DNA of 64,000 bases from positions 6,882,001-6,946,000 of the forward strand of contig OX597816.1 of NCBI GenBank assembly GCA_951406725.2, read 5' to 3'. Origin of the DNA: Octopus vulgaris. Taxonomy: Eukaryota. Each line of letters opens with the position of its first letter. Position 1 is the first letter of the stretch. A program made the translations under genes and the position numbers. Under the pieces are notes generated by a model. The model worked only from the letters and a program-made list of their open reading frames with translations, had not been told where the DNA came from and did not search any database. Below, piece after piece: positions 35,601 to 49,700 of this stretch.

Positions 35601-38600
35601 GTGGTAGTCTTGCAACATAGCCATCAAATCAGCAATCTGACGTACTACAATGCCAAATGCTCGTGCCAGCTGACTTGCTGTCGTAGCCATGGTAACTACA
35701 CTCTCTTGACTGGCACTGGTGCTTGTCGTAACAGTGGAAGTACGGCGGAATGTAGATGGGTCGATGTATATCAACCCACTACCACCTGCATTAAGTAAAG
35801 TTCCTAAGAAACATCAAGATCAGAGAAACAGGACAATTTATTTGCTTTTTAGACATCTCCGTGCCACAACGTGATTCCCTCATGCTTATAAAACTGCCAT
35901 GAATTCCCATTTCCAAAAAATGGCCAATATTTTCACACAACTAATGTGCTAATGTTTCTAAGATAAATATATATACGACCCCCTTTGGTCAAAACCATGG
36001 AGTTACACCTAGAAAGTTCCCCTCCAAGGCACAAGTCCAGGAAAGGTTGTTTGTGGAAGACCAGCTGTCACCTATGCATACCAACCTCTCCACCATTCCA
36101 CACCACCAATGTTGTACAAGAGAAAAGCAAAGGTTGATACAGCTTGGCACCAGTGACATCGCAACTCCTTGCTACAGCCGACTAAGCTGGAGTAATGTGA
36201 AATGAAATGTCTTGCTCAAGAACACAACACACAGCCCGGATCGGGAATCAAACTCTCAACCTCATGATTAAAACCCCCAACACTAACCACTGAACCATGT
36301 GCCTTTTGAAATATATATTCATATACACACACACACACACAGGGTGTCCCAAAAGTCACTGATGGGTTTTAATTTTTAATAACTTCCTTAACTTCACAGA
36401 TAAAAGCATGAAATTTTGATGCAATATAAAGGACTTAATGGAAATCAATGTGCACAAGTCAAAAGTTTGCAATGCCACTACATCACATGTGAATAATGAC
36501 ATTGCTTAAAAGGCAACCATTTGACATAAACCCTCTCTTTCGAGTATCCCCACAAGAAAAAATCTGGGCTAGTCAGGTCTGGGGAACATGAAGGCCAGTT
36601 GACATTGCCATAGCAGGGTATTATTCTCTATCCAAAGCACTGCATTGTTTCTCTTGCAGTATGAGCAGTTGCCCCATCTTGCTGGAACCCTGTGTGAGGT
36701 CTACTTTGAATGGCCTTCACATTCACCAGACTTGACTAGCCTGGATTTTTTTCTTGTGAGGATATCCGAAAGAGAGGATTTACATCAACAAACAGGAGAC
36801 TCTGATGCAACTGAAGGAGAACATCAATAGAGAAATCAAAGAAGTGGGGTCTGAAACTCTTGAGGGTGTTATGGAGCAAGTTTTGGAAAGAGCACAGGCG
36901 TGCAAAGATGAAAATGGCTACCATTTAAGCAATGTCATTTTTCATGTGATGTAGTGGTGTTGCAAAATTTTTGACTTGTGCACATTAATGTCCATTATGT
37001 CCTTTATATTGTATCAAAATTTCATCCATTTATTTGTAAAGTTAAGAAAGTTATTAAAAACTGAAACCCATCAGTGACTTTTTGTGACACTGTGTGAGTG
37101 TGTGGAGATATATATATATATATATACATAAATACACACACACACAATATATAGCTTCAACAAACCCATTCAACATAAAGAAACCCTTCGGTCATAAATG
37201 ACCAAGGGATTAAACCTAGAAAGTCGTTCTCCTAGGCACAAGTCGAGGCAAGGTCGTTTGTGGAAGATTAGCAGTTGCCCATGCATCATACATACCACCC
37301 ACTGATGTTATCCAAAGGAGAGGCAAAGGCCGATACCTGTTTGGCACCAGTGGCATCACAACTCATTTCTACAGATGAGTGAACTGAGGCAACATGAAAT
37401 AAAGTATCTTGCTCAAGAACACAACACATAACCTGGTCCAGGAATTGAACTCACTATTTCATGATAGTGAGCATGACACTTTAACCACTGAGTCATGTGC
37501 CTTCAACATAATTTTTTTACATTTTATGTGAATTAATGAAACCATTATAGGAGCAAAATGGTTGGTGGCCTAAGCAGCAGACTTCAGGTTGAAGTTTTAA
37601 GGGTTTGTATCTTATCCCTCACCACCCCACCCAGCTCCCAGTAGATCTCTAAATCCTACAAACCTTAGTTAAAAATTGGTTACATTTTCTGGGATTGTCA
37701 ACTGCTAGAAACTGATACACTATCGAAAAAAATGCAGATTTATTTCACTATTATTGGACACAGTCCTTAGGAATACCAAGGTTCTAAGATTCTTGCTTTT
37801 ATAAAGTTTACAAATTTTCTACACAAACAGGTGGCACCAATGCATAATATGAACTCATAACTCTATTCTAATAACACTAACCTTAAATTTTTATCTAAAA
37901 TATTCTGCTTCAATTACTGAAAGAAGTAATCAAATTTTACATGTAATTTAAGTTATAATGAAGAAATCATATGGTTAAAGTATTACAGTGTTTTATTTAT
38001 CTGACTGCAAAAGGATTCACTCATATTGTAGACAGCACGCTATGTCTTGAAGAAAGATTTTTGATAAAGGCCAAACCCCACAAGGTGGAGCTTATAATGG
38101 TCACTTTACCTCAATATCATTCTGTATGTAGCATTACCATTTTTAGTCAAGATTAGAAACATTTCTAGTCATCTGCATGGTTTTAGATAATTTCAATTTT
38201 ATTATTGCAGAGATGAAAAGATAACAGAAATATTATTATTATGTTGGCTTATTAAAACATATCTCGTTAATCATCACCTCATGCCCAGAGTCAGTAGTTT
38301 GTGCGGACGTGCAAGGTTACACAGCTAGACATTGTAATGGAAGACACTGACCCCACCCTGTGGCTACGGCAACATATTAAAGAATTAAAACAGTGAAATC
38401 CAACAGTTTTTACAGTGACTCAAGAAAGTATTGTGGAGAAATTTAATGAATTGAAAATCAAGTTAGCTTTCACTCTATACCTGTTGTGGATGTATTGCCA
38501 GTACTTGTTTGAGTTCGGTTCGCTGGAGGTTCTCGTTGACGAATGGCCCATTGCATGGTTTGAGGGGCTTGTAAAGTCCTCTGCCCATGGGAACCAGCAT

Positions 38601-41600
38601 TGCTACGACGTTCTAATTGTTCATCAGGATAAGGTAACTCATCAGCATCTGGCTCTTCACTTTCAGCAGCTTCACTTTCATCATCATCATCATCTTGGGT
38701 AGATGATTCACCTGAGTCCTCAGAAAAATAAGCCAAACTTCCAAGACCTGAAACGCAAATGAAAAGCACATTATTAACTAATTGACTTTTGGGTGGTTTA
38801 GCTCAATGGTTCAGAGCACGGCGACGCTTAATCACAGAGGTGTGAGTTTGAGTCTCATAACCGGCCACCAACACTTTTTTCCGTCCAACCCATGCTAGCA
38901 CAGAAAATGGACGTTAAACGATGATGATTTTCATTTAATCAACCACTTACATTATTGGACATTAAAAAAAAAAAAGAGGGGAGAGTTTATAACCTTTAAT
39001 ATCAAGTTTTGTGATGAAAATATAAACCAATAAACCAAGCTATATTGTCCTTTGCATTTAACTGGATTCATATTAAATAAACTAAAAATGTAAGGAAGCA
39101 GTAAAGACAGAGCAACAACAGCAGCACTAATAATGTAATGCAAGAAAGAAACCATCATTGTTTAACATCTGCTTTCCATGCTGGTATGGGTTGGACAGTT
39201 TGACCAGAGCTGGCAAGGACAGGAGCAGCACCAGGCTCCATTATCTGTTCTGGCATGCTTTCTACAGCTGGATCATCATCATCATTGTTGTTGTTTAACT
39301 TCCATTTTCCATGCCGACATGAGTTGAACAGTTTGACTGAGGACTGGAGGCTGCACCAGGCTCCAATCTGATCTGGTAAGGTTTCTACAACTGGATGCCC
39401 TTCCTAACGCCAACCACTCCGTGAGTGTGGTGGGTGCTTTTACGTGCCACCAGCATCAACCACACTAGAATGATGCTTTTTACATGCCACTCAGGCAGTG
39501 GTGGTATCGGCTATGCTCAAATGGTGCTTTCTATGTGCCAGTCATGTGTGGCACTGGCATCAGCCATGCCCTTCCTAATGCCAACCACTTTGCAGAGTGC
39601 AGTAAGTGCTTTTTTTACATGGCACCAGCACCAGTGCATTTTGGGTGTCAGGGGATGCAATGCAGATAAAAAAAAATGTCAATGGATGAGGAAGGATGGA
39701 ATGTAAGAAATATGAGATGAAAAGTCTAACCTGCATCAGATCCGGCAGTGGCTGCAGTCACAGCACTACGTTGGATACTCGTGTTGTCTTGATTGCTGTG
39801 ACTGCTCTCACTATCACTTTCAGATTCAGCCAGAAGGTCTAAATCCATATCACTGTCACCACCAGCTGCCAAAGAAAAAAAACAGGAACCTTGATAGGTA
39901 CAGTGAGGGAAACATTAATTACAGGTGAGTTTTACATACACAGTTCAATGACAGCAATATTTGAAAGTGGTTTTCTGTTTTGTTTTTTTTTATTCTATGG
40001 GTAACAAAACACCTACTTTGTGACTGCTGCTTGCTTGCTTGTTTGTTGAGCGAACGGTCTTCGAGAAGTCCGAAACGTGATCCTTTGCTATTCGTAAGAC
40101 CCGGGGAAGAGAAAGCAGGTCAATCCCCGACACCGAGAGCATCGCCGGATGGATGAATGCGCATCCAGGCTCAGCGGTTGTGTAGGAAGTCGGGGACAAG
40201 AAACAGGAAGAAAGAGTGAGAGAAAGTTGGAGCTAAAGAGTACAACAGGGGTCGCCACCAACCCCTGCCGGAACCTCGTGGAGCTTTTAGGTGTTTTCGC
40301 TCAATAAACATACACCGTGATCCTCTGACCGCGAGTCCGCTGCCCTAACCACTGGGCCATTGCGCCTCCTGTGACTGCTGCTCAATGCTCTGTGAACACT
40401 GCAAAAGCTGTAAGACATGGCAATGGGGACTACAAAACCATGGCCAGCAAGAAGGGACACATCAGGGGTTATGACTTTGAACAGGGCCTTAGGCTCAATT
40501 CAGATGGTTATGTGAAGCTGCTGGAGACTGGTCAAACCCTGACTGAAGAGGGTTGCTGCTGAAAGGCAATATGTGTGGCAGCAGAATCTGGTTCCTTGCC
40601 ATTCTTCTGGAAAGAGTCAGAAGTGGTTGTCGAAAAATTTCTATGACTTTACCAGCCCCAATTTCTGGCCTCTTAATCCCACCAATTGTAATCCCACGGA
40701 TTAATATGTGTAGGGCATGGTTGAGAAAGACACCACCAACAGCAAGACCAAGCTGCTGGCCAAGATCAAGGGGCAAATCAAGGATGTTCCCAGAGACACA
40801 ATGAGGAACACATTCATTCGGTTTTGGAACTGTCTTGAGGCCATGGTGGAAGCCAAAGATGGCTCTTTTGAGTAAACCATCTCCCAGCCATAATCTAGTT
40901 GATCATCATCATCATCATCGTTTAACATCTGCTTTCTATGCTAGCATGGGTTGGACGATTTTGACTGAGGGCAGGCAAACCAGATGGCTGCACCAGGCTC
41001 CAATCTCGATCTGGCAGAGTTTCTACAGCTGGATGGCCTTCCTAACGCCAACCACTCCAAGAGTGTTGTGGGTGCTTTTTACGTGCCACTGGCATGGAGG
41101 CCTGTCAGGTGGTACTGGCAATGACCTTGCTCGAATCTTTTTACACATGTCACCAGCACAGGTGCCAGTAAGGTGACATTGGTAACGATCACACTCGAAT
41201 GGTGCCCTTTTACGTGCCACCGGCACGGGGGCTAGTCAGGCGGTACTGGCAATGACTTCGCTCAAATCCTTTTACACATGTCACCGGCGCAGGTGCCAGT
41301 AAGGTGACATTGGTAACGATCACACTCGATGGTGCCCTTTTACGTGCCACAAGCACGGGGGCTAGTCAGGTGGTACTGGCAATGACCTCGCTCGAATCTT
41401 TTTACACATGTCACCGGCACAGGTGCCAGTAAGGTGACATTGGTAACGATCACACTCGATGGTGCCCTTTTACGTGCCACAAGCACGGGGGCTAGTCAGG
41501 TGGTACTGGCAATGACCTCGCTCAAATCTTTTTACACATGTCACCAGCACAGGTGCCAGTAAGGTGACGTTGGTAACGATCACACTCGTTTCTCTAAAAA

Positions 41601-43739
41601 AACTTTTCTTTTTGGATAGGATATTGTGCTTTCTTTTCATTTTATGTAAACTGTCAAATTTAGTCCAAACACCCAGTATATTACGGAGAGGTGAGGGGGA
41701 AAGAGAGAGAGAGAGAGTATGAAGAGGAAGTAATGCCTACCTTCATCGGGTTCCTGCTGTGGTTGCTCTTGGTCTGAGTGATCAGATTGGTGCTCCTCTT
41801 CTCGTTCAGAATGTCGGTCCGACTGATCTTCATCACCTACTAAGCCTTCAACTACTTCAACCTACAACGAACAAACATTTTAAACAAACTTCAATTCTGT
41901 GTGAGTGACTGAGAGACTAAAAGGTATTTGATAAATAAATAATTATGTACATTTATGAAGATTTCTTTTCTCTCAATTGGAAAAAATAGATATTTAGAAT
42001 CGTAAATCTGAAGAAGTTAGATCAATTAATTCATTTTATTCACTTAAGTAGCACATTTTAATGTAATAAATAAAAAAAAGAAACTATTAATATTTGAATA
42101 CATACAACAAACAACCAGCATTTTAATAGCAAACAGTATATTTGACATAAATATCTGGTACACTGGCTGTGTAGCATGGAAGAAAACAATGTTGTGTCCA
42201 TCTCGGTGAGACCACATAATTTTAAAGGCGGTGCTCCAGCATGGCCACAGTGAAAATGGCTGGAACAAGTAAAAGATTATCTGGTAAGGGCTACCTCATG
42301 TTATTTAGTCTGGTTTTAAAAACTGGTTCCCTTTCACTTATTACTTGACCTGGAGTATGTTCACACATCAGGAATATTGCAGAGAAAAGTAAATTTAAAC
42401 AATTCTCTCTGTCAGAGTTTATGAAAGGAAACTTCCATAGTCTGTACCCCAGTTATCTCAGGGTCAGTGCACAAAACATTTTAATTGGTTTAAGGAGTTA
42501 GGACATAATTCAGATCATTCGACCAGAGCCTTACTCTTGTTCAACGCAGCAGCTGCAGGTTAGAAGTGGCCCCATGGTAGGCCGCCTTCACCAGATGGTT
42601 GGATGTAACAAAGTAAGATTTCCAGAGGCTTGATATCATATTGGTAGATGCACAAAGGCCAGCACAGGACTGCCAGTGATTGGAGGCACTAATGGTCCTG
42701 GTTGGCTCTACATACGATAACACGGGATGACCTCAGCTCCATTGAGCAAGAGCAGAGAGAAACATAATCCAGGTTTAAGGTCTTAAAAATAAGGGAGGGG
42801 GGTGCATTTTGAAAAAAAAGGGGTCGTGTCTTTACCTCTTCTACATCTCCTGATATCATTTCATCCTCATCCCGTTCTCTAGCTCTTTCTCCTTGTTCCA
42901 TAGGCTGTGGGGAACCACTGCGAGGGATGTATGCCATAGGTTGAGAGTCATGATCAGCAGATGAAGGCCTTGGTGGTAATGGGTCCACACTGAAGATTTC
43001 CTCACTTCCCTACAAAAAGAAACATGGAATAGAAAGGGTGCAGGGGTCAAAGATATATAAAAATCAAAATGTCTTGAAAAACTATACATTGCTCCTTCTA
43101 CAAATTCCCATCTAATTAACAACTGATTTTAATCATAGCTATTTCCTTCATGAATAAACTCACCGACCTTACTTCAGTATTTTACACCTGGTTTCCATTG
43201 GCTCAACTTCCAATTATTTTTAGGTGTTGTTTCAGAGATTTCACTGAACAAGGTATGATGATAAATGCAAACCAAACTCTAAACGCATTGTAATGCCTCA
43301 ATTAATCTGCCTATCATTAACATGGTGAGCTTATAAGGACATGAAGAGTGTTCAGAATAATTAAATTAATATTTCGTCAGTTAACGACCATTTTCCATGC
43401 TGGCATGGGTTGGATGGCTCGACAGGAGCTGACAAGGCTGGAGGGCTGCACCAGGCTTCAGTAGGTCCCAGTCATCTGTTTTGGTATGGTTTCTATGGTT
43501 GATACCCTCCCTATACTTTACAGAGTGTACTGGGTGCTTTACAAATAAAATTTATATATATATAGGCGCAGGAGTGGCTGTGTGGTAAGTAGCTTGCTAA
43601 CCAACCACATGGTTCCGGGTTCAGTCCCACTGCGTGGCATCTTGGGCAAGTGTCTTCGGCTATAGCCCCGGGCCGACCAATGCCTTGTGAGTGGATTTGG
43701 TAGTCGGAAACTGAAAGAAGCCCGTCGTATATATGTATA

Positions 43740-43787
<48 letters not shown>

Positions 43788-46700
43788 CGTGTGTGTGTTT
43801 GTGTTTGTCCCCCTAGTATTGCTTGACAACCGATGCTGGTGTGTTTACGTCGCTGTTACTTAGCGGTTCGGCAAAAGAGACCGATAGAATAAGTACTGGG
43901 CTTACAAAAGAATAAGTCCCGGGGTCGATTTGCTCGACTAAAGGCGGTGCTCCAGCATGGCCGCAGTCAAATGATTGAAACAAGTAAAAAATATATATAT
44001 ATAATATATTTACCCTCCATATTAGAAAAAAAATACAGCAAATATTGTTTGCTATATTAGAACAGTAATAGGTTGAATGTACTCTTGTATAAATTTAAAC
44101 ACACTGGTTTAATAAAAAAAAGTGATAGAAATTGAAGAAATTGATAGAAATTGATAGAAATTGCCAGGAAGGAACGTCGGACTGCTGAACAGGAATACAA
44201 GTTGCATAAATCAGACACCAACAGGAAGAAGCGGAATAAACCCTCCAACCATCTCAAGCAAGTGACAAAAAATGCAGTGCTTGAATTTGAACAGTGCATA
44301 GCAGCCAATCCTGACAGCAAGGTTTTCTGGAAATATGTGCATTCAAAGCAGAGACCTCACTCTCCAGTGGGCCCTCTTCGCAACCCTCACACGAACCAGA
44401 TCACTGACGACCCCAAGGAATGCGCAGAACTCATTGCCGAGTGCTATGCAAACATATTCACTGTCGAAAGTCAAAATGTACCATCTTCACCATCACTAAC
44501 AGCAAACTCCATAACAACTATGGAATTTACACCTGCAATGCTGCGACGTCACCTTCAAAATAAGCGCAACTATGCCTCCCCTGGTCTCGATGGAGTTACA
44601 TACCTGCTTCTCAAACGTGGCAGGCACTTCCTTTTACACCAGCTTTCTATTTTCTTCCAGTACTGTCTCAACAATGGTGCTACTCCGGAGCAGTGGAAAA
44701 CTGCCAGTGTCATTCCTCTGTTCAAAAAGGGTGACCGCACATCACCTGTCAACTATCGCCCAGTCAGTCTCACTAGCTGTATTGCAAAACTGATGGAATC
44801 GTGTGTCAGAGAAACACTCTGGAACTTCTGGAGCTTTCACAGTCTCATCCGACCCTCACAATATGGATTTGTCCCTAACTCCAGCTGCAGTGACCAGCTT
44901 GTCGAGTTCCTTGAGGACATTACTCAGATCACTGACAGTGTCTCATGGGTGGATGTTGTCTACCTTGACTTTGCTAAGGCTTTCAACTCTGTGCCACACA
45001 AAAGGCTTATGGTGAAACTCTCTGCAATGGGTGTGGGAGATGACCTTTTTAACTGGTTGAAATCCTTCATCCTCAGCCGAAAGGAGGTAGTCACAGTTCT
45101 AGGACAGCACTCTACACCATATGAGATGTCCTTGGTCCCCTCCTGTTTGTGGCATACATTAATGACATAGATGCCAATTTAAAGAATGCCACAGTATTGA
45201 AATATGCACACGACATCAAGCTGTACCTTGAAATCAAGAGGACTGATCCTGATGTCTACAACTCTTTCCTGCAATCAGACCTAGACACAATGCAGCAATG
45301 GATCACAGACTGGCAACTGAAACTGGCTGTGGACAAGTGTACCACCATGCATTTTGGGAGAAAAAACCCTGCGTCCACATACTCCCTCCACAACACTGAT
45401 ATCAAGAAATCCTCTTGCGAGCGTGACCTAGGCATCACTGTCAGCAGTGATTTGCGTTGGACAAAGCATATCTCTAAAATTGTCAAGAAGGCCGAGGGTG
45501 TCTTGGCATCACTCAGCAAGACTTTTGTTAGCCGCTCTCCAGCCATCTATTTAAAACTGTATACAGCTATGGTACGACCACACTTGGAATTCGCATCATC
45601 AGTTTGGAATCCCTATCTTGCTCAGAACATTGACCTCCTGGAATCTGTCCAGAGACGTGCAACCAAACGCATACCCTCCATCAGACACCTACCATATTCT
45701 GAGCGCCTTGTTTCCCTGGGCATGGATTCACTGAAGCTCCGGCGTCTAGCGACGGACTTGGTAAACACCCACAAGGTTATCAACCACCTCACCAACAACA
45801 ACACTGAACACCTTTTTGATCTCCATGTGTCTAACACACGTGGACATGCCTACAAAGTCAGAAAACAGCACAGCTCCCATGACTTTCGGAAACATTTTTT
45901 CACGCTCAGGGTTGCTGAAGCGTGGAATAAACTGCCTGCATCAGTTGTTGACTGCCATGACACTGCATCCTTTAAGGCCCTCATGCTTCCCGAAATCCGT
46001 CGAAACTACACCTGATTATATACACACTTTAGATGAGTTGTAGTGCACCTGAGCACTGTACACAATTATTATTATTATTATTATTATTATTTATAAAGTG
46101 TAAGAGAGAGGAGAGAGAAATATTATGAAAACAAATACGCACCTGTATTGCTTCAATGCTAGCACTTAGCTGATTAAAGGGAGCTGTTGGGCGAGCCACA
46201 CCCATACGGACAGGTGCAATCAATGAGTTAGCTATCTCACATAGTTCTTCAATGGCAATTGTAATAAGAGCTTGAAATGCACGTTTACATTTGTAAATTG
46301 CTTGACAAGGGATGGTACCAGTGCTATAGCAACAGAAAATACAAACAACAACATTATTTACATTATTTACATTTGACGGATATTTGTCCTCATCTTGTTT
46401 GTTGTTAACTCAACGTTTCAACTGATATACCCTCCAGTCTTCATCAAGTGTCTTGGGAAAATTTCGAACCTGGGTTCTCATTCCTATGCCCACTGGCATA
46501 TGGCATAGTGGTTAAGAGCATGGGCTACTAACCAAGATTACGAGTTCGATTCCAGGCAGTGACCTGAATAATAATAACAACATTGAAAAATACCTTAGGA
46601 ATGAAAACCCAGGTTCAAAATTTCCCCAAGACACCAGATGAAGGCTGGAAGGTATATCAGCCGAAACGTTGGAGAAATATCCATCAAATGTAAATAATGT

Positions 46701-49700
46701 ACAGAATTCCTCAGCTCTTAAATATAGAACTGTAATAACATTAAAATACAAATAACATTAAATTCAAACTATGTACAACAGACATTTCTTGTAAATGAAG
46801 GCGCGGGCATGGCTGTGTGGTTAGGGAGCTTGCTTCCTAGCTACATGGTTTCGGGTTCAGTCCCACTGCGTGGCACTTTGGGTAGGTGTCTTCCATTATA
46901 GCCCCGAGCTGACCGGAGCTTTGTGATTGAATTCGGTAGGTGGAAGTTACTGTCGTGTGTGTATGTGTGCGTATAGCTGCTCAGTGCCTCTCCGAAAGAG
47001 AGAGAGGGAAGGCAAAGAAAGGAATTCCTACCCCAACACAACACAGATTTTATTAACAGAATTTTTATAAAAGAACAAAGGGACCTATCTAGTTAATTCC
47101 TTATTTGAGTTTATGTCCATTTTCCCATGCTAGCATGGGTCAGATGAATAGATTATTGAGGCCCTGATTTACATCCAGATGCCTTTCGTGCCACTAATCC
47201 TTATCTGGTTTTTTACATAAGGGATATCTTATTCCACATGTCTTCGAAGGCCCCCAAGTCAATGGATTTCTCGACAAGGGAAATGGCTACAACATCACTG
47301 TGTGGAGCCCAATGATTTTCAGAGAAGCACAAATGTAAAAAAAAAATATATATAGCCATATACACAGGATAGGCTGCCACAGTTTCCAACAACTAAATCT
47401 ACTCTTAAGGCTTTGGTCAGTCAAAAATAAAGTTGAAGATAATTGCCCCGATGTGTTGCACAGTGGCACTGAAGTTAAGGTGAACTACTATACACATGAT
47501 TGAGAGTTCAAACATTACTAACCAATGTGTTGGCCTCCCGAAGCAATCAGAATCATGTATATTGTGCCAACATCCTTTCTTTCTCAAACACAAGTATATC
47601 ATCATCAACATCATTGTTTAATGTCCGTTTTCCATGCTGGCATGGGTTGGACGGTTCGACTGGGGTTTGGGAAGCTAGGAGGCCGCACCAGGCTCCAGTC
47701 TGATCTGGCAGTGTTGCCCTTCCTAATGCCAACCACTCCAAGAGTGTAGTGGGTGCTTTTTTACATGCCACCAGCACAGGGACCAGAGGGGGCTGGCATC
47801 AACCACGATCGGATGGCACCTTTTACGTGCCACCAGCACGGAAGCCAGTCAATATCATCATCATTTAACGTCCGCTTTCCATGCTAGCATGGGTTGGACG
47901 GTTTTGACTGAGGGCTGGCTAACCACATGGCTGCACCAGACTCCAATCTGATCTGGCAGAGTTTCTACAGCTGGATGCCCTTATAAATTAAAAAACATAT
48001 ATAAAAAAAGAAAAACCATGTTACCTTCTTCTTTTCCCAGATAATGGTACCATTTCCACATTCAAAACTACAAAGATGCGAGCCACTGATCGCAGGAATC
48101 GTCTTGCAACAAGCTTAGCCTCAGTTTTTCTACCTTCAACATTATTGTTCTGAATTTCTCGGATCAATGTTGTCAATAAGGTGTCCAGCATCTGTACAAG
48201 AGAAGATTATCTTAATCCAGGTCTTTTATAAGGAAAAGAATCATCAGTATTGGATGCACATTTTGGCACAAGGCCAACAATTTTGGGAGAGGGGGTAAGT
48301 CAACTACAACAGTCCCAGTGCTCAATCGGGACTTATTTTATTGACTCCGAAAGGATGAAAGGCAAAGTTAACCTTGGTAGCATTTGATCTCAGAATGTAA
48401 TGAGCTGGACAAAATGCCAGTAAGCATTTTACCCAGTATATTACTGATTATACCAGTTCACCGCCTTACAGGCAGATCATATTAAAGTTTATTAAAGTAT
48501 TAATTAAACATCATTATCATCACCATCATTTAACGTCCGATTTCCATGTTAGCATGGGTTGGATGATTTTGACTGAGGGCTGGCGAACCAGATGGCTGCA
48601 CCAGGCCCCAATCTTGATCTGGCAGAGTTTCTACAGCTGGATGCCCTTCCTAATGCTAACCATGAGAGTGTAGTGGGTGCTTTTTACATGCCACCGGCAG
48701 GGGCCAGTCAGGCAGTACTGGCAACGACCTCGCTTGAATCTTTCATAGCAGAATAATAATATTTATGAAAGAAACATTAATCATCAATATTAAAATACGA
48801 ACACAACAGTAAAACTTAATCCTATCTTAGATTAGTCAGGTGTTCAGGTAACCCAACACCTTTTTTACTTTCTTTTTTAATTTCAGTATAGCAATTTCAA
48901 GATTACTGTCAGCAGTTGTTGAGTTTTCGACATGCCTCCAGTCACACTGCTGGCTTTTCATCATTCTCCCGGCCACAGTCAGTGCAATATTTCTGGCAGA
49001 AACATTAGCATGCCGGGCAAAATGCTTAGCAATATTTCATCTGTCTTTATGTTCTGGGGTTCAAATCCAGCCGAGGTTGACTTTGCCTTTCATCCTTTCA
49101 GAGGTTGATAAATTAAGTCCCAGTTGCATACTGGTGTCGATCTGATCAACTGGCTCCTCCCCCAAAAAATTTCGGGCCTTGTGTCTAGAGTAGAAAAGAA
49201 TATTTCCTTTGTTTAACCCTTTAGCATTTCAACTGCCCATATCCAACTGAAATATTTTGTTTTATGCTCAAACCAACCAGAGCTGACTTCTCACACCTAT
49301 CTTACAATGTCACTGTAAAAGTAAACTATCACATCATAGAAATCTCAAAGCTACAAGATAATGCATGATTAGCTCAAAATAATGAGAATAAATAAGCATT
49401 GCATTTGACAGAATAATTTAAATGCTAAAGGATTAAAACTGTGATATTGATCGTTGGGGGGGGGGGGGGCCAAGATGAGAGGCAGAGGAAAGTAAAATAA
49501 CAACCTGAAAAATCCTGACAGGTAAAAATAGAAATTTAAATATTGGTTTAATTAAATATTCATTATCATTATTTTTTTTTTAAACTGGGGTTTTTTTTGT
49601 GAGCTGCTCACAAACAAAAAAAAAAAAAAAAAAAAAAAAAAGAAAATGTTTACTTACATCAACACCTGTGCATTTGAGTAATAAACAGTGTGTGAATTTA

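Noticed and set aside
38868-38870. Encoded CCA end on the tRNA-like element
   Set aside because: The CC belongs to the acceptor stem and the A is the discriminator position.
41070-41590. CRISPR-like repeat-spacer arrays (also 6960-7190, 22500-22790, 50400-50600, 60000-60250)
   Set aside because: Spacers are related to each other, arrays lie inside a LINE 3' UTR family, no cas genes are present and the context is eukaryotic.
44151-46015. Two-ORF active LINE
   Set aside because: One ORF2 broken by a deletion and frameshift, with YAHD at the catalytic motif.
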